Origin: Bacteroidota bacterium
Lineage (GTDB): Bacteria > Bacteroidota > Bacteroidia > Bacteroidales > UBA10428
Direction of reading: 5' to 3'
NCBI GenBank assembly: GCA_016699695.1
Contig: CP065006.1
Span: 3,037,435 to 3,101,434 of the forward strand
Length of the DNA stretch: 64,000 nucleotides
The notes under the pieces were generated by a model. The model was not told the DNA's origin and ran no database searches. It worked only from the letters and a program-made list of their open reading frames with translations. The position numbers and the translations under genes are program-made. Shown piece by piece: positions 9,339 to 19,621 of this stretch; positions within the stretch are counted from its first letter, which is position 1; each line of letters starts with the position of its first letter.

Positions 9339-10856
9339 ATGGGCAAAGTCTTTACGGCTGAACAGATACGCGCCATCGATGCTTATACCATCGAACACGA
9401 GCCCATTCAATCAGTTGATCTTATGGAAAGAGCTGCAACTGCTCTGGCCGATTGGATTTGCCAGCACTTCGAACCCCACACAGCCTTTGTTTTTTTTGCA
9501 GGGCCGGGCAACAATGGGGGCGATGCCTGGGCACTTGCAAGAATTCTGCACAAAAGGCATTTTCATAGGCTGCGGTTTTTTTTGTTACAAACCTCCGGAG
9601 AGCTTTCGCCTGATTCGGAAATTAACCGCAGACGACTCGATGCCGAAACAAACCTGAAACCTCATAGCATAGGTTCAGAGGCTGAATTTCCTGAAATTGC
9701 CCCGACGGAATGGATAATTGATGCACTTTTTGGTTCGGGATTAAAGCGACCACTTGAGGGTGTGGAATGCCAACTTGTAAAATACCTTAACCGAACTTTA
9801 AAAGCTGGCACCATTGCTATCGACATACCCAGTGGTTTGTTTTGCGACAGCAACCATGCGAATATATCTGAATGTATAGTGCATGCCGATTATACCCTGA
9901 GCTTTCAATTCCCGAAATTCAGTTTCTTCCTGAGCGACCATCAATCAATTGTTGGTCATTGGGAGGTGCTTGATATTGGGCTGCATGCAAGAGCAATTGA
10001 AGAAACTCCAACCCTATACCGTTTTATTGCCCAGCCTGATATGGCTCCCATGTTGAAAAAGCGAAGTAAATTCTCACACAAGGGAAGTTATGGTCATGCA
10101 CTCATTGTTGCAGGCAGTTATGGAATGATGGGGGCTGCTGTTTTGTCTACTCGCGCTGCCGTGTCGGCAGGGGCAGGGCTTGTTACAGCGCATATTCCCC
10201 GGTTAGGTTATGAAATCATTCAGACTACTGTGCCTGAAGCCCTTACCGAAATTGATGAGTCGGACCTGATATTTACCTCCACAGGAAGTCTCGACCGATA
10301 TACTGCCATTGCAATAGGACCCGGCATCAATACCAAGCACAATACCACTAAAGCTTTGAAAGTTCTGCTGGGGCAAACGAAAGTGCCTCTTGTGATTGAT
10401 GCCGATGGGCTGAATATACTCGCAGACAATAGACCTTGGCTGGAGGAGTTGCCTGCCGGCACAATTCTTACACCCCATCCGGGTGAGTTCGATCGACTAA
10501 CCCAAAAGCATAAAAGTCATTATGATCGGATCCTAAGTCAACAGCAATTTTCAGAAAAGTATCAGGTAGTGATAGTGCTCAAAGGGGCGCATACTTCTGT
10601 ATCGTTTAGCGATAGGAGTCTGTGGTTCAATACCACCGGAAATGCCGGAATGGCCACAGGAGGAAGTGGTGATGTACTAACGGGGGTAATTTGTGCGTTA
10701 TTAGCCCAGGGATATACCAATAAGGAAGCCACTTTATTAGGGGTATATATCCATGGAATGGCTGGAGATCTGGCATTAATGGATAAGGGCTTCCATGCCC
10801 TTACAGCCAGCGATATTATTAATAAGCTTGGTAAAGCGTTTAAAACCATTGAATAA
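9339..10856 (+). CDS. nnr: Bifunctional NAD(P)H-hydrate repair enzyme (epimerase / ADP-dependent dehydratase)
   Basis: 505 aa. The N-terminal YjeF_N-like part has GPGNNGGDA. The C-terminal carbohydrate-kinase-like part has GSYGMMGAAVL and GGSGDVLTG. Confidence 0.9.
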   Translation: MGKVFTAEQIRAIDAYTIEHEPIQSVDLMERAATALADWICQHFEPHTAFVFFAGPGNNGGDAWALARILHKRHFHRLRFFLLQTSGELSPDSEINRRRLDAETNLKPHSIGSEAEFPEIAPTEWIIDALFGSGLKRPLEGVECQLVKYLNRTLKAGTIAIDIPSGLFCDSNHANISECIVHADYTLSFQFPKFSFFLSDHQSIVGHWEVLDIGLHARAIEETPTLYRFIAQPDMAPMLKKRSKFSHKGSYGHALIVAGSYGMMGAAVLSTRAAVSAGAGLVTAHIPRLGYEIIQTTVPEALTEIDESDLIFTSTGSLDRYTAIAIGPGINTKHNTTKALKVLLGQTKVPLVIDADGLNILADNRPWLEELPAGTILTPHPGEFDRLTQKHKSHYDRILSQQQFSEKYQVVIVLKGAHTSVSFSDRSLWFNTTGNAGMATGGSGDVLTGVICALLAQGYTNKEATLLGVYIHGMAGDLALMDKGFHALTASDIINKLGKAFKTIE

Positions 10857-10857
10857 A

Positions 10858-11940
10858 ATGAGTAAGATTTTCATTATCCTTATCGTTGCAATTACTTTTT
10901 CGTGCGCACCCGGATACATTGTTACTACTAACCTAAAGAACAGGGCTGCCTTTGAAAATAATGGCCAGGTATATATGCTCCCTAAAACGCAACTGGCCAT
11001 ACAAATTAATTTTACCAAAACCGATTTTACCCCTGGCCCTTATCACATGTATGCAAAGAAGTACCTTGGCATAGAAGGTGCAAGGGCGATTTCTGCCAGT
11101 CATTATCTAATTGAGGACATTCAGTTTTTCAGTAGCTCTTTGCCGGATTCAGATCATCAGTATTCGGTGCGCAATGTAAATTATGGTTCCCTGTCCGAGT
11201 TACTTTCTCCTTTCGTGCAAAAAGGACTTATTCTTCAGGATTCCCTACCGGCTGAGCAAAGGAATTTTTTTGGAACACCTTTCGAAAAAGAGAGTATTGA
11301 TTTTACCGATTTAAGTGTGAGACCTTTTTACCTTACCGAATCGGATATGAAAGACAAATCGAGGCTGGCTTTAACAGAAGCTGCAACTACAAACTCAAAG
11401 TCAGGGCAGGGCACTGTCAAGTCACTTGAAGAAAAGGCCGTTGAGGCCGCTCAATTTATTATCAAACTAAGGAAGCGTCGTTTTAAACTTATCTCCGGTC
11501 AATACGAGGTATTTCCCGAAGGAGCATCGCTTGCAGTAAGCGCAGCCGAACTGGACAAGCTGGAAAAAGAATACCTGACTTTATTTATAGGCAAGGAAGA
11601 AACAACAAGCTTAACAAGGACTTATCGCCTGATACCTTCAGATGAAGAGAATTTTCAGCGTTTTGTGCTGACTAAGTTTTCCCCGGAATCGGGTTTTCAT
11701 CCGGTTTCCGGCAACATGGGCGATGACCTGGTTGTTCAACTTACGGGTATGGAAACCATTCAAACACTCACACAGTTGCAGCTTCCAGAAGGTACAGTGA
11801 ATACTAACCTCTTTTTTTATCGTATTCCGGAAATGGCGCAGGTTAAGATTTTTTTTGGCAGTCATGAAATTGCCGACGCCCAATTGCCGGTATTTCAGCT
11901 AGGTGCTTTAATACCGTATTATGTGGCGCCTAAAAAATAG
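10858..11940 (+). CDS. Lipoprotein, DUF4831-like (hypothetical)
   Basis: The start is moved to ATG 10858 (MSKIFIILIVAITFSC lipoprotein signal), 1 nt after the nnr stop. The longer 10795 start would overlap nnr. Confidence 0.6.
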   Translation: MSKIFIILIVAITFSCAPGYIVTTNLKNRAAFENNGQVYMLPKTQLAIQINFTKTDFTPGPYHMYAKKYLGIEGARAISASHYLIEDIQFFSSSLPDSDHQYSVRNVNYGSLSELLSPFVQKGLILQDSLPAEQRNFFGTPFEKESIDFTDLSVRPFYLTESDMKDKSRLALTEAATTNSKSGQGTVKSLEEKAVEAAQFIIKLRKRRFKLISGQYEVFPEGASLAVSAAELDKLEKEYLTLFIGKEETTSLTRTYRLIPSDEENFQRFVLTKFSPESGFHPVSGNMGDDLVVQLTGMETIQTLTQLQLPEGTVNTNLFFYRIPEMAQVKIFFGSHEIADAQLPVFQLGALIPYYVAPKK

Positions 11941-11942
11941 AA

Positions 11943-12461
11943 TTATTCTGCTGGTACAGGAGACACATAGTTGGCAGACCAATCTTCAAACGTTTGGGTT
12001 TTATAATGTTCCCCAGAGATAAAATGAATGACTTTGTCGAATTGCTGTGCTTTTGTATAACCAGGCAGGGAGGTAATGATATTCAGCTTTTCGTCCAGAA
12101 AAACCACATAAGGATAGCCTGTAGCACCCAGGGCAGCAGCTAGCTGGTGAGAGCCACGAGAACCATTGCTTACATACTTAAAGGTTGATCCCTGAATGAC
12201 AATATCTTCTTTTTGTTCGGCATTGAATTTAACCGGATAAAAATTATTGTTGAGGTGCTCAGACACTAAAGGCTGCATAAACGTGTTCTTGTCCATTACC
12301 TTGCACCATCCGCACCAATCGGTATATACATCTACCATAATCTTCTTCGGACTAGTTTGGTTGAGTGCAATGGCTTCTTCCATTCCAACCCATTTTACGC
12401 CCTGAGCATTGGAAGTTAAATTAAACGCCACGAAGGCAATGGTTATCAGTAAGATTTTCAT
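11943..12461 (-). CDS. Secreted thioredoxin-fold protein
   Basis: 172 aa with a signal peptide (AFVAFNLTSNAQG) and a WCGWC redox motif. Confidence 0.8.
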   Translation of the reverse strand: MKILLITIAFVAFNLTSNAQGVKWVGMEEAIALNQTSPKKIMVDVYTDWCGWCKVMDKNTFMQPLVSEHLNNNFYPVKFNAEQKEDIVIQGSTFKYVSNGSRGSHQLAAALGATGYPYVVFLDEKLNIITSLPGYTKAQQFDKVIHFISGEHYKTQTFEDWSANYVSPVPAE

Positions 12462-12700
12462 GATGCTACAATATCAATATGACTTAAAAAACGCAAATCT
12501 AATTAAAAAGTTGCAACGCTTCATGTTAAAGGCCGGTTAAAACATCTCCTGGTATTTCCGAAGCCGAAAAGAACTTTTTTTCAACCGCTTCCTGTTTATT
12601 AGTTTTATTTGGCAGTTGTTTAAAAGCCCTTAACTTCGGATTTCATTTTCTGAAAGATCAGCGCCTATTGACAAAGTTTGATTACTCATAATATGTTGGT

Positions 12701-14392
12701 ATGACAAAGACTAAGAATAAAATTGCGTCCGATGTGTTCCGACCCAAGTTATTTACCCTTTTAAAGGCGGGAATTACCCGGAAACAATTTTCGAACGATT
12801 TGATGGCAGGCCTCGTGGTAGGTATTGTAGCTCTGCCTCTTGCCATTGCATTTGCCGTGGCTTCAGGTGTTTCTCCTGAGAAAGGTATTATTACAGCTAT
12901 TGTTGCCGGCTTCATAATTAGTTTGTTAGGCGGAAGCCGGGTGCAGATTGGAGGTCCAACAGGTGCATTTATTGTGATTGTTTTTGGTATTGTTGAACAA
13001 TATGGTATCGACGGACTTATTATTTCAACTATTCTGGCCGGTATTATGCTGGTTCTTTTTGGTGTGTTGAAATTGGGAGTATTGCTGAAGTATTTTCCTC
13101 ATCCTCTGATTGTGGGGTTTACCAGCGGCATAGCGCTGGTGATATTTTCTACTCAGGTACGTGATGCCCTTGGGCTTAGCATCGAAAAAGTTCCGTCGGA
13201 GTTTATTGAAAAATGGCTGGTTTATGCACAGAATCTTGGCAGTGTTAATTTTTGGGCTGTGCTAATAACGATAGCCACTATTGGTATGACTATACTCTCC
13301 CGACATTTTATTACCCGCATTCCTGGTTCATTTGTGGCCATTGTGCTTACTACTTTGATTGTTCAACTATTTGACCTTCCTGTCTCGACCATCGAATCAT
13401 TCTTTGGCGATATTCCCTCAAAATTTACCATTAACCTTCCTCATATCGACTTGCAACAGATTCCTTATTTTCTGGCACCAGCCCTTACCATTGCCCTGCT
13501 TGGTGGTATCGAGTCATTGCTCTCGGCTGTGGTGGCCGATGGGATGATTGGAGGAAAGCATCGTTCCAATACCGAACTTGTTGCCCAAGGTATAGCCAAC
13601 ATAGTAACTCCTATTTTTGGAGGAATACCAGCTACCGGAGCAATCGCAAGAACCGCCACCAATGTGAAAAACGGAGGAAGAACCCCTATAGCTGGCATAG
13701 CCCATGCCTTAACTCTGTTGCTTATTATGCTGTTCGTGGGCAAGTGGGCTAAACTAATCCCTATGTCTTGTCTAGCGGGAATTTTAATTGTAGTCTCCTA
13801 TAACATGAGCGAATGGAGATCGTTTCGTTCCATTCTGAAAGGAAACCTGTTTGATGTGTTAATCTTACTCACAACGTTTACCTTAACTGTGCTTGTAGAT
13901 TTGGTAGTGGCTATCCAGATTGGAGTAGTGCTATCGGCTCTTTTATTTATGAAGCGGATGTCGGATCTGGCTGAAAAACGCATTGATCAGGTAATTGATT
14001 CGGATGTGCTGGAGGACTACTCAAAAATTCCCAGGCAGATTGCTATCTATGAAATCAGCGGCCCCTTGTTTTTTGGCTCTGCCCGCAAGTATTCCGAGGT
14101 TATCGAAAACCTTGGGCTGAGTGCGCGGGTTATCATTATTCGTATGCGCCATGTTTCTTTTGTGGATCAAACGGGTATACAGAATTTAAAAACTACCATC
14201 AAATCCTTAAAAGATATGGGTGTATTGGTTGTTCTATCGGGTGTTCACGAATCTGTCATGAAGGAGTTTAACCAATATCAACTAACACGGCTTGTCGAAG
14301 AATCGAATATTTTTAAGACTTTCGATGCAGCTCTTTCATTTTCCCGCAGCTATATTGAGCAGCACCCAAAACATTCTATACACCCTGCCTGA
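12701..14392 (+). CDS. SulP family inorganic anion transporter with C-terminal STAS domain
   Basis: 563 aa. The multipass N-terminal domain has SulP-type Gly-rich helices (GGPTGAFIVIV, GGIPATGAIARTA). A soluble STAS-like domain forms the C-terminus. Confidence 0.9.
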   Translation: MTKTKNKIASDVFRPKLFTLLKAGITRKQFSNDLMAGLVVGIVALPLAIAFAVASGVSPEKGIITAIVAGFIISLLGGSRVQIGGPTGAFIVIVFGIVEQYGIDGLIISTILAGIMLVLFGVLKLGVLLKYFPHPLIVGFTSGIALVIFSTQVRDALGLSIEKVPSEFIEKWLVYAQNLGSVNFWAVLITIATIGMTILSRHFITRIPGSFVAIVLTTLIVQLFDLPVSTIESFFGDIPSKFTINLPHIDLQQIPYFLAPALTIALLGGIESLLSAVVADGMIGGKHRSNTELVAQGIANIVTPIFGGIPATGAIARTATNVKNGGRTPIAGIAHALTLLLIMLFVGKWAKLIPMSCLAGILIVVSYNMSEWRSFRSILKGNLFDVLILLTTFTLTVLVDLVVAIQIGVVLSALLFMKRMSDLAEKRIDQVIDSDVLEDYSKIPRQIAIYEISGPLFFGSARKYSEVIENLGLSARVIIIRMRHVSFVDQTGIQNLKTTIKSLKDMGVLVVLSGVHESVMKEFNQYQLTRLVEESNIFKTFDAALSFSRSYIEQHPKHSIHPA

Positions 14393-14515
14393 TCAAACAT
14401 CTGTTTTTTTCTCAGGAAATAGTATCTTTAGCCACCCGGTGTGAACACGATCATCTTTACCATGCCGGGTGCCGAATGAACCAAACAATGTATTAATTAT
14501 TTAACTTCTGCTGCC

Positions 14516-15967
14516 ATGGGGAAAGAAATATTAAACTATAAGCCTACGGATGTCTGGAAACATTTTTATGCACTCACTCAACTTCCACGTCCTTCGAGGC
14601 ACGAAGGCAAAGTGATAAAATATATTCAGGATTTTGCCATCCAATTGGGATTAGGATACCATATCGATGAGGTTGGAAATATAGTAGTGTCGAAACCTGC
14701 TACCAAAGGCAAAGAAAATCACCGTGGGGTTATTCTTCAATCGCATGTGGACATGGTGCCACAAAAGAACAGCGATAAGGTGCATAATTTCGAGACCGAT
14801 CCGATTGAAACCCTTATCGATGGCGAGTGGCTCAAAGCCAACCAGACTACTCTTGGTGCCGACAATGGCATTGGCTGTGCAGCCATGCTTGCCATTCTTG
14901 AATCAACTTCAACAAAACATGGTCCTTTGGAGGCTTTATTTACCATCAACGAAGAGGCCGGTATGGACGGTGCTTTTGGTTTAAAAGGAGGCGTTTTAAA
15001 AGGCCAGGTATTAATTAACCTCGATTCGGAAGACGAAGGTGAATTGTTTATAGGATGTGCAGGTGGGTTAAATGTACAGGCTAATTCTTCCTATCAGTCA
15101 GTGGCACCTGAGTCAGGAAAGGCTTTTGAGATAATCATCAAAGGACTGAAGGGGGGTCATTCCGGGCTCGATATCAACCTGGGGCGTGGTAACTCCAACA
15201 AAATAATGGGCCGTTTGCTATGGTCGGCGCTGAACAACCTTTCGGTTCAGGTAGCCAGTTTAAAGGGTGGCGATTTGCGTAATGCCATTCCTCGCGAAGC
15301 CCATGCCATAGTTATCATACCTGAAATTTTTGTGAACGACCTGAAATCTTTCATTAGCCGGTTTACCGAAAATCTGAAAGAAGAACTCAAACACACCGAA
15401 CCAGGTTTAAGCATCGAATTGGTGGCAGTTGATGTTCCTTCGAAAGTTATTTCGCCCGCCGATGCTATGCGATTAATTGGTGTGCTAAATGCCGCGCCAA
15501 GTGGAGCGATGCGCATGAGCGATGTGATGCCCGGATTGGTTGAAACCTCTCTGAACCTTTCTATTGTTCGGATTGAAAATGAAGAGGCAGAGTTTACTTA
15601 CCTTGTTCGCAGTTCCATCGATACAGCTAAATATGCTGTGGGCGAAAAGCTTTCGGCGCTGCACAGTATTACCGGTTTCGAATTGAATTTTTCCGGCGAC
15701 TACCCTGGCTGGAGTCCAAACCGCGAGTCGTATGTGCTTAAAGTTTGTTCCGATACTTACCAGAAGCTTTTTAACAAAACTCCGGGTTTACTTGCCATTC
15801 ATGCAGGTTTGGAGTGCGGTATTATTGGCGGAAAGTACCATGGTTTGGATATGATTTCATTCGGACCTACCATTCGCTCTCCTCACTCGCCCGATGAGAA
15901 GGTGCATATTGCCTCAGTCGATAAGTTTTACGATTTTCTCAAAGCCACCCTGGAGGCCATCGGGTAA
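14516..15967 (+). CDS. pepD: Aminoacyl-histidine dipeptidase (M20C, PepD)
   Basis: 483 aa with LTQLPRPS, QSHVDMVPQKN, GADNGIG, NEEAGMDGA and a C-terminal SPHSPDEKV block typical of PepD. Confidence 0.9.
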   Translation: MGKEILNYKPTDVWKHFYALTQLPRPSRHEGKVIKYIQDFAIQLGLGYHIDEVGNIVVSKPATKGKENHRGVILQSHVDMVPQKNSDKVHNFETDPIETLIDGEWLKANQTTLGADNGIGCAAMLAILESTSTKHGPLEALFTINEEAGMDGAFGLKGGVLKGQVLINLDSEDEGELFIGCAGGLNVQANSSYQSVAPESGKAFEIIIKGLKGGHSGLDINLGRGNSNKIMGRLLWSALNNLSVQVASLKGGDLRNAIPREAHAIVIIPEIFVNDLKSFISRFTENLKEELKHTEPGLSIELVAVDVPSKVISPADAMRLIGVLNAAPSGAMRMSDVMPGLVETSLNLSIVRIENEEAEFTYLVRSSIDTAKYAVGEKLSALHSITGFELNFSGDYPGWSPNRESYVLKVCSDTYQKLFNKTPGLLAIHAGLECGIIGGKYHGLDMISFGPTIRSPHSPDEKVHIASVDKFYDFLKATLEAIG

Positions 15968-16061
15968 TTTCTTTTGTGATAAGCAATTTATTTTTAATTG
16001 TGTAATATAGTGCCTTTATTAACCAATAGTTAAGTTTCAAAATAATCTAAACAGAATAGAA

Positions 16062-18437
16062 ATGCGCCGTTTTTTTTCGATTGCCATCTTTTTTATTTTG
16101 ATATCGACTGCCTGCAGCTCGAATCATCAGATTGATCAAGATACTTCCTATATTTTCCAAAACAACCAACTGGAGATTGCAACTAAATCCGGAAACTACA
16201 AAGTGTTTGCCGTGGATGAGCAGATTGTAAGAATAAGCTTTTCCGACAGCCTTATGTCTGGTAATCGGGTATATGGTCCGATACTTCATGAGCCCATAAA
16301 AGCCAAGGTGAAACGCACAGATAGCTTGTTAGTTTTCACAACGGGAAAGGTAAAGGTCGAAATTTCTTTTTCTCCGGTGCATTTCACATTTTACGATTTG
16401 GAAACCGGCATCAAACTGGAAGAAGACAAAGGCTTTCATTATCGAGATAATCTAACTGCCTTTAGCTTTAAGTTAAGCCCAGGAGAAGCCATTTATGGAA
16501 CCGGATCGCGTGCCATACCTCAGAACAGGCGAGGTTACAAATTTCAGTGCTTCAACCAGGCTAATTATGGCTACGGAGTAGGGGCAGAGTTTTTAAACTA
16601 TTCAGTTCCTTCTTTTCTCTCTTCGGGTGAATACATGGTTTTAATCGACAACCCGGCAAGGGCGTGGTTTGATATAGGAAAAGAAAAAAGCGATGTGCTT
16701 GATTTTGCAAGCACTGGTGGCAATCAAACCTATTATTTTATAAACGGAAAAGATAAGGAAGAAGTACTTGCCAATTATTTCAAACTTACAGGCACACAAC
16801 CCATGCCACCAATTTGGGCATTGGGTAACCTTCAGTCGCGATTTGGGTACCGTTCGCAGGCAGAAACAGAAGAAGTGGTAAGAGCTATGCTCGAAGCTGG
16901 CTATCCGATGGATGCCATCATTATCGATATTTATTGGTTTGGGCAGGAATTGCAAAATGGTTACATGGGAAACCTTGCATGGGATAGCGTCTACTGGCCG
17001 GATCCGAATGGAATGATAAAGAACTTTGCTGAACAGGGAGTAAAAACCATTACCGTCTCCGAGCCCTTTTTTACCCGTAAATCGAAGCATTTTAATTTCC
17101 TCTCGGAAAATAAGTTCTTAGGCCTCGACAGCACCGGGCAAACCATGACCATGCCTTATTTTTATTTTGGCGATGCCGGATTGATTGATATTTTCAAACC
17201 CGAAGCCCGGCAATGGTTCTGGCAACAATACAAACAAGAAAAAGAACGTGGCATTGCCGGCTGGTGGGGCGACCTGGGCGAACCCGAAGTGCATCCGGAC
17301 GATATGGTGCATGTAAATGGACTGGGCAGGGAAGTGCATGGAGTTTACGGACACGAATGGGTGGCCATGCTTTATGAAAATTATGCCAAAGATTATCCAG
17401 ACGAAAGGCTATTTAAATTGGGGCGTGCTGGGTATGCCGGATCGCAACGTTATGGACTCATGCCCTGGTCTGGCGATGTAGCCCGCGACTGGTCTGGTTT
17501 CAGGGCTCAGAACAATGTCATGCTTGGGATGAGTTTGTCTGGTTTGCCTTATATGCATTCCGATGCAGGTGGATTTGCCATGCACCCACGCGATTCTATA
17601 CTTTATATGCGCTGGTTGCAATATGCTGTATTCACACCTATTTTCAGGCCTCATGGCGATCCTGGTGCACCACCCGAACCAATATTTTATCACCAAAAGG
17701 TGCAGGATATTGTAAAAAAATCAATTCAGCTGCGCTATGCCATGTTGCCCTATAACTACACCCTTGCCTGGAAAGCAGAACAGACAGGGGCACTTATGGC
17801 GAAACCAATGTTTTTAGCTTTTGAAGAGCAACAAATTTCCGACACCCTTAGCAATCAGCACATGTGGGGCGATGACTTATTAGTCGCACCTATTTGGTAC
17901 AAAGATGCCACAGAAAGAGAGGTATTTTTACCAAATGGCGATTGGTATAATTTTTATACCCAGGAGTGGCTGCAGGGAGGTCAGTTTATCAAAGTAAAAG
18001 CCGAAGAGGAATCGATACCGGTATTTGCCCGTGGAGGTAGTTTTATTACTTTGTCCGATGCCATGCTGAATACCGACCAATATAATGGAGACCAGCTTAC
18101 CGTTTACTGTTACCTGAATGCAGAAAAGAACGATTTCACCGGCGAAGTTTATTTTGACAATGGCTATTTAAAAGACGCATACAAGAAGGGTCAATACCAA
18201 TTGTTACAATTGCAATGCAAGAATCAGGATGAAGGACTGGTTGTTTCATATCAACTCGAAGGTAGTTATGCCGAGGCACCCAAAACCCGTTTCATTGCAT
18301 TGAAGTTGGTAGGCTTGAAAAAATCACCTTTAGAGGTACTGGTTAATGGACAGGTTGTTAGTTTTAATTGGCAAAATAACATCCTTGAAATAAGTGATTT
18401 AACTACAGAAAAGTCTGTAGAAATTAAAGTTCTTTAA
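16062..18437 (+). CDS. Glycoside hydrolase family 31 (alpha-glucosidase/alpha-xylosidase-like) lipoprotein
   Basis: 791 aa with lipoprotein signal ILISTAC. GH31-like catalytic region blocks are WWGDLGEPE and HSDAGGF. Confidence 0.85.
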   Translation: MRRFFSIAIFFILISTACSSNHQIDQDTSYIFQNNQLEIATKSGNYKVFAVDEQIVRISFSDSLMSGNRVYGPILHEPIKAKVKRTDSLLVFTTGKVKVEISFSPVHFTFYDLETGIKLEEDKGFHYRDNLTAFSFKLSPGEAIYGTGSRAIPQNRRGYKFQCFNQANYGYGVGAEFLNYSVPSFLSSGEYMVLIDNPARAWFDIGKEKSDVLDFASTGGNQTYYFINGKDKEEVLANYFKLTGTQPMPPIWALGNLQSRFGYRSQAETEEVVRAMLEAGYPMDAIIIDIYWFGQELQNGYMGNLAWDSVYWPDPNGMIKNFAEQGVKTITVSEPFFTRKSKHFNFLSENKFLGLDSTGQTMTMPYFYFGDAGLIDIFKPEARQWFWQQYKQEKERGIAGWWGDLGEPEVHPDDMVHVNGLGREVHGVYGHEWVAMLYENYAKDYPDERLFKLGRAGYAGSQRYGLMPWSGDVARDWSGFRAQNNVMLGMSLSGLPYMHSDAGGFAMHPRDSILYMRWLQYAVFTPIFRPHGDPGAPPEPIFYHQKVQDIVKKSIQLRYAMLPYNYTLAWKAEQTGALMAKPMFLAFEEQQISDTLSNQHMWGDDLLVAPIWYKDATEREVFLPNGDWYNFYTQEWLQGGQFIKVKAEEESIPVFARGGSFITLSDAMLNTDQYNGDQLTVYCYLNAEKNDFTGEVYFDNGYLKDAYKKGQYQLLQLQCKNQDEGLVVSYQLEGSYAEAPKTRFIALKLVGLKKSPLEVLVNGQVVSFNWQNNILEISDLTTEKSVEIKVL

Positions 18438-18532
18438 AGTTTTTTAACCCGTTGTTAAAGGCGTATTCTTTATGATGCTAGACGATATTCGAATAATATT
18501 GTTAACTTGAATTCATAAGCATTTTTAGTAAA

Positions 18533-18829
18533 GTGGAAAAGCTGGCACTTTTTCTTGAGAAACATTCGATGGCTTGTTTTTACAAGAAATATTGTGGCAT
18601 AGAGTGTCCTGGATGTGGTTTTCAGCGATCGTTGGCGCACCTTTTAAGGGGCGAATGGTCCGACTCCTTTCATGCCTATCCAGCTTTGATTCCAACCATT
18701 CTGATGTTATGTTTTTTAGGGCTTCATCTGATTTTTCGTTTTCCGAAAGGGGCTCGTGTTTTATTAGTAATGTTCTTCATCAACCTGGGTATTATTATCG
18801 CGAATTATATCCTTAAATTCATTCAATAA
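18533..18829 (+). CDS. DUF2752-like small membrane protein
   Basis: 98 aa from a GTG start. It has a CPGCGFQRS motif followed by hydrophobic helices. An alternative ATG start lies 36 nt downstream. Confidence 0.6.
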   Translation: MEKLALFLEKHSMACFYKKYCGIECPGCGFQRSLAHLLRGEWSDSFHAYPALIPTILMLCFLGLHLIFRFPKGARVLLVMFFINLGIIIANYILKFIQ

Positions 18830-18839
18830 ACTATTAATT

Positions 18840-19157
18840 ATGGAAACTTTTAAGAAAACTCTTCCTAATTCAACTCTTGTTCTGGTATTAGGCATTTTAT
18901 CGATTGTAACCTGCTGGGTATGGGGATTAATTGGTATTGCCCTCGCCATTATAGCGCTTGTAGTATCGAAAAAATCTACCGAAATTTATAATCAGGCTCC
19001 CAACGAATACGAGGGATATAGTAACTTAAAAGCCGGTCGTGTGATGGCTATTGTGGGTTTAGCCCTTTCTGCTGTTTATTTACTTATTATTCTTGTGTCG
19101 TTAATCTTTTTGGGTGCAGCTGCATTTTCACTGGGTACCTTACTCCAAAACATGTAA
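18840..19157 (+). CDS. Small two-helix membrane protein (DUF4190-like), paralog 1
   Basis: 105 aa. It shares LPN.T.VLVLGILSI..CW..G and Y.NL.AGRV.AIVGL.LS blocks with the next ORF. Confidence 0.6.
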   Translation: METFKKTLPNSTLVLVLGILSIVTCWVWGLIGIALAIIALVVSKKSTEIYNQAPNEYEGYSNLKAGRVMAIVGLALSAVYLLIILVSLIFLGAAAFSLGTLLQNM

Positions 19158-19184
19158 AATTTCAATAACAAAATCTGAATAAAA

Positions 19185-19529
19185 ATGGAAGAGCAAAATA
19201 ATCAACAACAATTGTTCTACAAACAACCACTACCCAATGCCACAGCTGTATTGGTGTTAGGTATTTTGTCTATAGCGTTTTGCTGGTGCTATGGTATTCT
19301 GGGAATTATAATGGGAATTATTGCACTTGTCATCTCAACCAATCCACTGAAATTATATAAGGCAGATCCGGAAAAGTGGTCGGGTTACCCCAACCTGCAG
19401 GCAGGCCGGGTTACAGCGATCGTTGGTCTCTCTTTATCAGCAATTTTTATCATTATCATATTAATTGCCTTGGCCACCACCGGGTTTAATTTTTCACCTG
19501 AATATTGGAAGCAATTTCAGCAATTTTAG
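19185..19529 (+). CDS. Small two-helix membrane protein (DUF4190-like), paralog 2
   Basis: 114 aa tandem paralog of 18840..19157. Confidence 0.6.
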   Translation: MEEQNNQQQLFYKQPLPNATAVLVLGILSIAFCWCYGILGIIMGIIALVISTNPLKLYKADPEKWSGYPNLQAGRVTAIVGLSLSAIFIIIILIALATTGFNFSPEYWKQFQQF

Positions 19530-19553
19530 GAATTTAAAAAATATCCAAATAAG

Positions 19554-19585
19554 AATGCCCTGCCGCTAGGCAGGGCATTTTTTTG
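19554..19585. terminator. Hairpin terminator between convergent genes (candidate bidirectional)
   Basis: AATGCCCTGCC-GCTA-GGCAGGGCATT is a perfect 11-bp stem followed by TTTTT. It sits between 19185..19529 (+) and metF (-). Confidence 0.7.
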
Positions 19586-19621
19586 GCATTGCAAGGCTTT
19601 TAGAAAAATGCTGGCGAATAA

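Noticed and set aside
16062-18437. The GH31 gene as part of a polysaccharide utilisation locus.
   Set aside because: No SusC/SusD-like genes or a hybrid regulator adjoin it in this window. It appears to be a stand-alone lipoprotein glycosidase.
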